Assembly (NCBI GenBank): GCA_964016885.1
Contig: OZ024740.1
Location: forward strand, 36,456,001-36,520,000
Source of the DNA: Eledone cirrhosa
Lineage: Eukaryota
Direction of reading: 5' to 3'
DNA: 64,000 nucleotides
In this document: one piece after another, positions 55,959 to 64,000 of the stretch
Layout: each line of letters opens with the position of its first letter
Numbering within the stretch: the first letter of the stretch is position 1
Program-made: the position numbers and the translations under genes
Notes under the pieces: generated by a model
What the model was told of the DNA's origin: nothing
Seen by the model: only the letters and a program-made list of their open reading frames with translations
Databases searched by the model: none

Positions 55959-58269
55959 TTAATCTGTTAGGAAAAAGAGAGAAGCGTGATTAGAAAAACT
56001 TATTTAATTATACATTCTAACACGTGTTCCAACGCATGTTTTTTTGCCTATGAAAATAGTCGAACAAGTTGGGCATATAAGCCCCCAGAAACGTAAAAAG
56101 GAGACAGTAGTAAATGTGCTAATCTGACTCACACCTGCCTTTGCGAGTCTAGCCAATTACTTGTTCGTCTATTACACAGTTAAAAGAAAAACATACATTG
56201 AACCTGTTTACTTGAAGCTAATATACTAACAAAAATTATTTTTTTGTACTTGACACCTTGTTATGGACATTTATCAACCAGCAGCACTGGGTTAGAAAGT
56301 CTTCCGCTAAAACTTGCCTTGTCGCTTGATTTTCTTTCTCTATTTAACTTTGAAGCATCCGTCATTTAACTATCTACCCCAAGACTTGAACCTGAGCCGA
56401 CAGATGTATTTCTGGATGCTTCTGGAATGGAGTGATACGAAAATAGACATCTCTGATAAGTAATTTCTCTCTTTCGCTATTATCTACAAATTGTTCGTGA
56501 CTAGTGAAAGAAATGTCGTTGCTTTTGTTTATTCTTACCATCAGCTAACGGCAACAATTGTTAGGGAACAGCTGTGTAGACTAATTATCATTACAACTAG
56601 GCAATATCACACTTCAATATATGACAGCCTATTTGCAGCCATCAAGCTCACGCGTCTATTTTTATCCTTACGTTGACTTTTCTGTGACAAGATTCACGCA
56701 CTCTTAAATATGAACGGATACACATTATTCTCAGACGTTCATTTGCAACTTCTACATTTTAACAAATTAAGCAGCTTTTAATTAAATATTTTTCTTCGTC
56801 CTCTGCAACAACGTAAACACATTCACTGTCAGCAATTGCAATTTACTTTACAAGAATTGTAGCTTACAGTTTTACAAGTCTTAACAGCATATTGTCTCCA
56901 TATTCTTTCTCCGACACAACTACACTTCCAACTTTTAACTCAGCTATTCTCAACACGAAATAAGGTTTTAACTGAACGAAACGATGAATCTGCCATTTTC
57001 CGCAAGTATGTTAATTCCTCCGTACCAGCTTTAGCCGTGTAGCATTCAAAGTTATTTTCTATTAATATCTAGATGTAATGTTTATCACCGTTGTAATTTT
57101 ATATAAAATTATGAATTATTGATCAATATATATCTGAACTGCTGTTTTTTATTTTTTTTTTCGACTGTCCTTTTAAGTATTATCTACGAACCATCGTCTG
57201 TTTTGCTTTACATCACATCTGCATATTACTTCAATAATTATTATCACGCCAATTAGAGTGGATTGGTATAAATGCTATCACTGTAAATGTAATAACTGTG
57301 TGCACACTGAAACTATTATGCATTTTGTTTTCTCTGCATAACATTGTACAACACGTAAACATAAATACCTACTTTTACCAATCTTAATTTTATTTAGTTA
57401 ATTTTGTTTATGATGGTTCATTTTTCTTTATACAGTTTTACAATATATAGTTTAACAAGTTTTTAGCCGTTTATATTACCTACTGAAAATCCTGTGTTGA
57501 CTACAAGAGTTCATTAGCAAACATGTTACATCCCCTAAACGAATTCTACTTTATACAGAAAATAAATTTTCGAGATCGGGATATTTTGAAACGTTATTGG
57601 AGATAAAGTTTAACCTATCCATTGTTCTTTAGCCAATGCTTTAGATCTTTATCGGAAAAAGGGATGCTTAGTTTTTTTGTTTTTTTTTTCGTAACTGAAT
57701 TTTAACTATCATCTTAAATATCCGAGTTAAATTTTCAATAGATGACATGGGTTTCTGAATTTTTTTTCTGACAAATACTTTATCAAAAAGTATTAATTTT
57801 CTTCGGAGAAAGAATCGTTAAGAGTCTTCCTCTTCGAACGTGGAATTTGAAACCAATTTGATTACACTACAATGGCATAGTAGTAACTTAAACCTGTCTA
57901 ATATCTGCTACATTAAACCAAATTAAATCAGGAGGTTAATATGTAATATTTCAGCTCCTTCCCCCAAACCGATACATTTCAACGATAACTTCCCATAACT
58001 TGTAATATTGTTGTGTATAGAGGAAATCCTTTAAAAAAGAAAAAAAATTTAAAGCCATTCCCAGCGAGATCTCTTTTCAATCTCAGTATTTGCAAAACTA
58101 GTCAAATCTTGAGCAAGAAACAAATTTGAGTTTTAACAGCAAGGAAGCAGATAAAACCTAAGTGGAAATGTGGTTGTGCTGGTGGTGGTGGTATTAAACC
58201 GGAATGTTCGAGGAGTTGCAACCTAAAAATTGTTTTGAAGCAAAATTGCAAATAATTATATTCAATGGA

Positions 58270-58597
58270 TTAGAACACCCTCTTCGGCCAGGAATGACCA
58301 TGTGATTTGCACCTAGAAAGTTCCCCTCAGAGGCACAAGTCCGGGCAAGGTTGTTTGTGGTGGACCAGCAGTTTCCCGTACATACCAGCCTCTCCTCTCC
58401 ATGCCACCAATGATGTCCAAGGGAAAGGCAATGGCCGATACAGCTTACACCAGTGACGTCGCGACTCATTTCTACAGCTGAGTAAACTGGAGCAACGTGA
58501 AATAAAGTGTCTTGCTCAAGGAAACAATGCATCACAGATGCATCGAACTCACAACCTTACGATTGCAAGCCCAATGTTCTAACCACTAAGCCATGCG
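58270..58597 (-). mobile_element. tRNA-derived SINE
   Basis: Head catggcttagtggttaga...gagttcgatgc, then ccttgagcaagacacttt.tttcacgttgctccagt, shared with 25650-25925. Confidence 0.8.
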
Positions 58598-58629
58598 ATT
58601 AATTCATACGTATTATGTAATATTAAGGG

Positions 58630-58792
58630 TAGTGGATTGACAGTATCGGTAGAGCGTCAGACACCATGCTTTGCAGCATGGAGTTATGGCCGAGGTTAAC
58701 TTTGCCTTTCATCCTTACGGGGTCGATAAAATAAAGTACCAGTAATGCACTGGGGTAATTGCTGGCCTTGTGCCAAAAGTAGAAACAATTAT
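58630..58792 (+). mobile_element. OR-like SINE with internal deletion
   Basis: Matches 22645-22835. Confidence 0.8.
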
Positions 58793-59088
58793 GTGAAAAC
58801 ATATGACGTTACGTCACTGTGTATTGTGGAAATTCGTTGCATCTTAATCCTGTATATAAGAAAATATATATGATCGTACGTTGATAAAATATTCAAATAG
58901 TTGGAATTATCCAAATTATATTAACATACTGGTTCTACTTCCAGTACTGGAAGCTCGAATGATGTTCACATCGCAATTTCGAGTTCAATTCACCCCATAA
59001 CACTTTCGGTAAATATCTTCTCCTTTAGCTTTGCTTAGACTACTTATTTGTCAGTGCAATTTGGTTGACGAAAATTGTAGAGAAACCC

Positions 59089-59225
<137 letters not shown>

Positions 59226-59832
59226 TCTAGTCATTCCGATCAGCAGATCGTGGTGCATAAGCAAAAGCACTCGAAAATATGTGTATCCTCCATCATAGGT
59301 GTGGTATCTCTTAGTATATGGAACTGAGTCTTCGATCTGGACTTTACATATTCTTTATACTATGGACATTCATTCGGCCTAATACACATGGAATGTCATC
59401 CAATGCCACAAATTCTCGACCAGCCTTAGGCATTTGCTTGGCCAGCACCGACTTTCAGTTAAGATGGAAAGGTGCCGTGAGGCTACATACAACATCATCT
59501 GTACCAAGTGCAGGAATTTTTTCTGTTGGCTGCTGAGGAAGGATGACATGATATTATCGGCAACGAGGAGTATAATTAGTAGCTTGTATTAGAAATAGGC
59601 CAACGAATATACGGACGAGGTTTGGTGACTTGTATGAGAAGTAGACCAGCGCTTAGATGGACGAGGCTTCACTAAGATAGACTTCCAGGAAATTGTCTCA
59701 CCGAGGAACATTTGAATGTATTCCTTATGCTGGACTTCAAAATTGACAAATTATACTTCTGCCACGACGTTCATAGTAGACTCCTCTATATAAACATCTA
59801 TGTATTAGGCTTCACTTTCTCTCTCTCTCTGT

Positions 59833-59913
<81 letters not shown>

Positions 59914-59918
<5 letters not shown>

Positions 59919-60440
59919 GTATTAGGATTGGTGCTCTGAAATAGCGATGTATATATGAATGTATGCATAGTATATTTGGAAATATACCCGTATGTTGAAT
60001 TTAAAACATTTTGAAGACCTTACGCTATCGTTTTTAAGTAGTGGCTCACTCTGTATAATAAGCTCCTGATTTTTACTGGAATTCTATAAGAACATACGTT
60101 ATATTGCCAAATATACTATACATACATTCATGTATACATCGCTATTTCAGAACACCAAGCCTAATACTTAATTTTTGCTGGACCGGCAATCGCTCTGCAT
60201 AATCAGCTCCTGATTATTACTGGAATTCTATAAGAATTCAGCTTCTATAATTTTCGGCGGTACGTAGCTCTGATGATTGGCAAACAGCATGAAACAGACT
60301 GTTAGTTTCTCTGCCTTCTTTCGCCAAAAAGAAGTAAGTGACATAGTCACTGTTTTAAAACGATAGCGTAAGGTCTTCAAAATGTTTTTAATTAAACATA
60401 CGGTATATTGCCAAATATACTATGCATACATTCATAATTA
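59914..60440 (+). mobile_element. Diverged relative of the 310-bp retrozyme-like unit, with inverted 5' piece and HHR at 60266-60307
   Basis: Shares atcgctatttcaga, ggaccggcaa.cgctct, ttctataag and aggtcttcaaaatgttt. HHR agct-CTGATGA-...-GAAA-cagactg-TT^agtt. Confidence 0.75.
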
Positions 60441-60505
60441 TATATATATAAGGTCGCATTCTTTAAGGGTATGTCAATATTTGTTTATAAAACTGATCTA
60501 TATTA

Positions 60506-60570
60506 TATTTTATCTGATGAAAGCACACCATAATTTGCTTTGGTGTCCTTGAAATATGCATAATGAAATA
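60506..60570 (+). ncRNA. Type I hammerhead ribozyme
   Basis: tattttat-CTGATGA-aagcacacca-(10 nt)-tggtgtcctt-GAAA-tatgca-TA^atgaaata. Confidence 0.9.
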
Positions 60571-60700
60571 AATATGGTTTTATAAATATAGTTTCCATTT
60601 GTTAATATATTGTATATTTACTCCAATAATTTGTTGAGTGCTTTATATCAGTTATAAAAATATTTACTTGTTGTATCCCAACAAATTAAATATAACTTCT

Positions 60701-60740
<40 letters not shown>

Positions 60741-61306
60741 GGCTATGTTTTCATAAGTAGTTTATACACCGTCAAACAATCTAGAAATCTTGATAGTTTA
60801 TGATTCCTGCAGAAACCATAGGTCAACCTAAACACTTCAGTTTTCAGTCACCTAGGATATTCTCAGAGAGAAGAGTAAATAAATAACGTTTTCACAGAAT
60901 CCAAGCAAAACCTATTAATGACTACATACAAATGTTAGAAATATATAAATGATGTTTATATAATTTATATAAATATATTTCACATTGCGACGTCACTGAT
61001 GCCAAGAAGTTTAAGCCTTTGCCTACCTTTCCCTTGGACAACATCGATAGTATGGGGAGACTGGTATGCATGGGCGAGTTGGTTTTCTGCAAAAGCATTT
61101 TTCCTGGACTTGTTATTCTGAATGACTAAAAGGAGTTTCCTCCTGCCCCTTAAACCGTCTCTGTTTTCTTTCCTTGTTTTGTTTTAAAATAATAATCGTT
61201 TAACCATTCACACTTTGTATTTTTACGGCTTAGTCAGTGAGAGAATGCTAGCATCCGTGATCCTATGTTTTTTTCATGACAACCGAAACTGGTTTGAGGA
61301 AGATGT

Positions 61307-61355
<49 letters not shown>

Positions 61356-61720
61356 AGGTGACCTACTCAGGATACTCGCAACAGAATAAACTCTACTGCC
61401 AACTCTCCCCGTCTGACGGGGAGATCTCTCACCCACCGCAAAGTGGATGAGAGACGTCTTCTCGTCGTAATGGGTATAGCTTTCATTATATAAAATCTCC
61501 CCATTTTGCCTCATTTCTCCCCTTTTCGGGGCACTTTTTTCATGGTACTCCCCGTTTGGGTTTTAGTGGTTGGCAGGCCTGCTCTAACCGCATTACCAAT
61601 TTACCACCTGTAATCATTTCATCCTCAATATAACAAGTCCTGACTTTTTAGATCACAATAACTGTTTCTATAGATTCTCTTGTGTTTTTTAGATGCTTAT
61701 ATGGCTTATATGAATCGGTC

Positions 61721-62800
61721 ATAATCTTTGACGGTAACAATGAAGACATCAAGGATTTAGATGTCTATATTAGTTGACTATAATATTTTGACGGTAACAA
61801 TGAAGACATCAAGGATTTAGATGTCTATATTAGTTGACTATAATATTTTGACGGTAGCAATGAAGACATCAAGGATTTAGATGTCTATATTAGTTGACTA
61901 TAATATTTTGACGGTAACAATGAAGACATTAAGGATTTAAATGTCTATATTAGATGACCATAATATTTTGACGGTAACAATGAAGACGTCAGGGATTTAG
62001 ATGTCTATATTAGTTGACTATAATATTTTGACGGTAACAGTGAAGACATCACAGATTTAAATGTCTATACTGGTTGACCATAATATTTTGACGGTAACAA
62101 CGAAAACATTAAGGATCTAAATGTCTATATTAGTTGACCATAATATTTTGACGGTAACAATGAAGACATTAACCCTTTAGCAATCCCGCCGAGGTTAACT
62201 TTGCCGTTCATCCTTACGGGGTCGATAAAATAAAGTACCAGTAATGTACTGGTTAATTTGCTGGCCTTGTGCCAATAGTAGAAACAATTATTGTATAGTT
62301 ACTATTGTATTTTCACAGTAAAGACTTTATTTTACATAATCATCTATGTAATATCAAATCTACGAGATTTTGATGTCACGTGCTTTGAGAACAATACCTT
62401 AATATAGGCATGAGCAGCCAGTTACGGCTAGTTTGAACAGAAAGAGGTGAGAGAATGAATTCTGGCCAGATATGGCTGGTTTAAATGCTGAAGGGTTAAA
62501 GATTTAAATGTCTATACTAGTTGACCATAATATTTTGACGGTAACAGTGAAAAAATCGCGGATTTAAATGTCTATATTAGTTGACCATAATATTTTGACG
62601 GTAACAATGAAGACATTAAAGATTTAAATGTCTATATTAGTTGACCATAATATTTTGACGGTCACAATGAAGACATTAAGGATTTAAATGTCTATATTAG
62701 TTAACCATAATATTTTGACGGTAACAGTGAAAACATCACGGATTTAAATGTCTATATTATTTGATCATAATCTTTGACGGTAACAATGAAGACATTAAGG
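61721..62800. repeat. 60-bp tandem repeat, about 12 units, interrupted at 62173-62499
   Basis: Unit acggtaacaatgaagacat.aaggattta.atgtctatattagttgac.ataatattttg. Confidence 0.95.
62173..62495. mobile_element. piggyBac-type MITE with a nested partial SINE (62183-62292)
   Basis: TTAA-ccctttagca ... tgctgaaggg-TTAA. The satellite unit resumes in phase after the duplicated TTAA. Confidence 0.75.
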
Positions 62801-63141
62801 ACATTAAAATTTTCAAGCTGTGTCAAGTAAACGCCATTTTATTTGTCCATCTATTCTGATCAATCAATTTAGAATTTAACAGATAAAATAAGAGCGACGA
62901 AAATAGGTTTATGGTTTAGGAAAGCCACGGAAATTAATCAGATCCGCCCAATGTATCATTCTCAATAAAGATACTGCAATGATCTTAAATTAGAGTCATT
63001 TCAAGGCTGTTGCTGTGTTGAATCTAAAGCTTTCTTTGTTGAAGGAAAATTTATGGTAAGAGGAGGACACACACACACACATACACACACATACACGCAA
63101 GTGGGCGCGCGCGCACACATATACACACACACACACACACG

Positions 63142-63221
<80 letters not shown>

Positions 63222-63416
63222 TATATACATATAAATAAATAAATTATCGAGAATCGGAATCTCGGCCCACGGAATAACGAAACACGATCTTCGAAATGCC
63301 TGACAAAGTGCTCAATAGTTTGGATAAACCAGAGCTATAACTAACGTTTAAATACACAGAGACAATGCTTAAAATCATTCGCACAGCCGAAAACATATTT
63401 ACACATGCACATATAT

Positions 63417-63502
<86 letters not shown>

Positions 63503-63531
63503 ATGTTAAAGGAGCCATTGGAAGAAGGGAA

Positions 63532-63711
<180 letters not shown>

Positions 63712-63894
63712 TATATATATATCAACGAGAATAACACAGTCTTCGTTGCCATCACCACCAACTTCATCAGTCGTCATCCCAATCATGATCACCATGACGA
63801 CTCCATCTACAACATACTCAGAACCATCGTCCTCCCCCTCATCTTTAAAAATAACAACACCAATAACACTAACATTGCCGTTAACAACACTTCA

Positions 63895-64000
63895 ACATCA
63901 GTACCATCGCTACCACCGCCACCACCATCTCTACCACTAGCATTACCACCGCCACCACCATCGCTACCACTAGCACTACCACCGCCACCACCATCGCTAC
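63895..64000. repeat. CAC-rich short tandem repeat running off the window
   Basis: Recurrent taccaccgccaccaccatc.ctaccactagca. Confidence 0.7.

Noticed and set aside
56300-57000. Possible host exon or pseudogene on the minus strand
   Set aside because: All frames I tried are interrupted by stops and I recognise no domain.
61721-62800. CRISPR-like or ribozyme-bearing 60-bp repeat
   Set aside because: There are no spacers, and TGAAGA is not accompanied by a GAAA strand or stems.

Overview
Repeat-dominated, AT-rich animal DNA with no host protein-coding gene that I can support. The SINE types and microsatellite density suggest an octopus or other coleoid cephalopod (inference). Most ORFs in the supplied track are microsatellite artefacts. 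The window holds four Penelope-like retroelements (PLEs; RT plus C-terminal GIY-YIG) with inverted or tandem pseudo-LTRs inserted in (TA)n tracts, decayed R4/Dong-like and L1/Tx1-like LINEs, bipartite non-autonomous RTE elements in (ACAT)n, tRNA-derived SINEs, a 60-bp satellite containing a TTAA-flanked MITE, and many hammerhead ribozyme (HHR) motifs. The largest HHR structure is an 8.8-kb array of about 27 near-identical 310-bp units, each with a minimal type I HHR (retrozyme-like). The most unusual observation is in two diverged non-autonomous element families (5.5-6.9 kb and 7.7-8.6 kb). They carry all three hammerhead core strands in a non-circularly-permuted, pseudoknotted order (UH strand, then GAAA strand, then CUGANGA strand), with covarying helices and a box C/D-type kink-turn in stem III. 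This is a candidate new hammerhead topology. All RNA structures were folded by eye and none has been tested.
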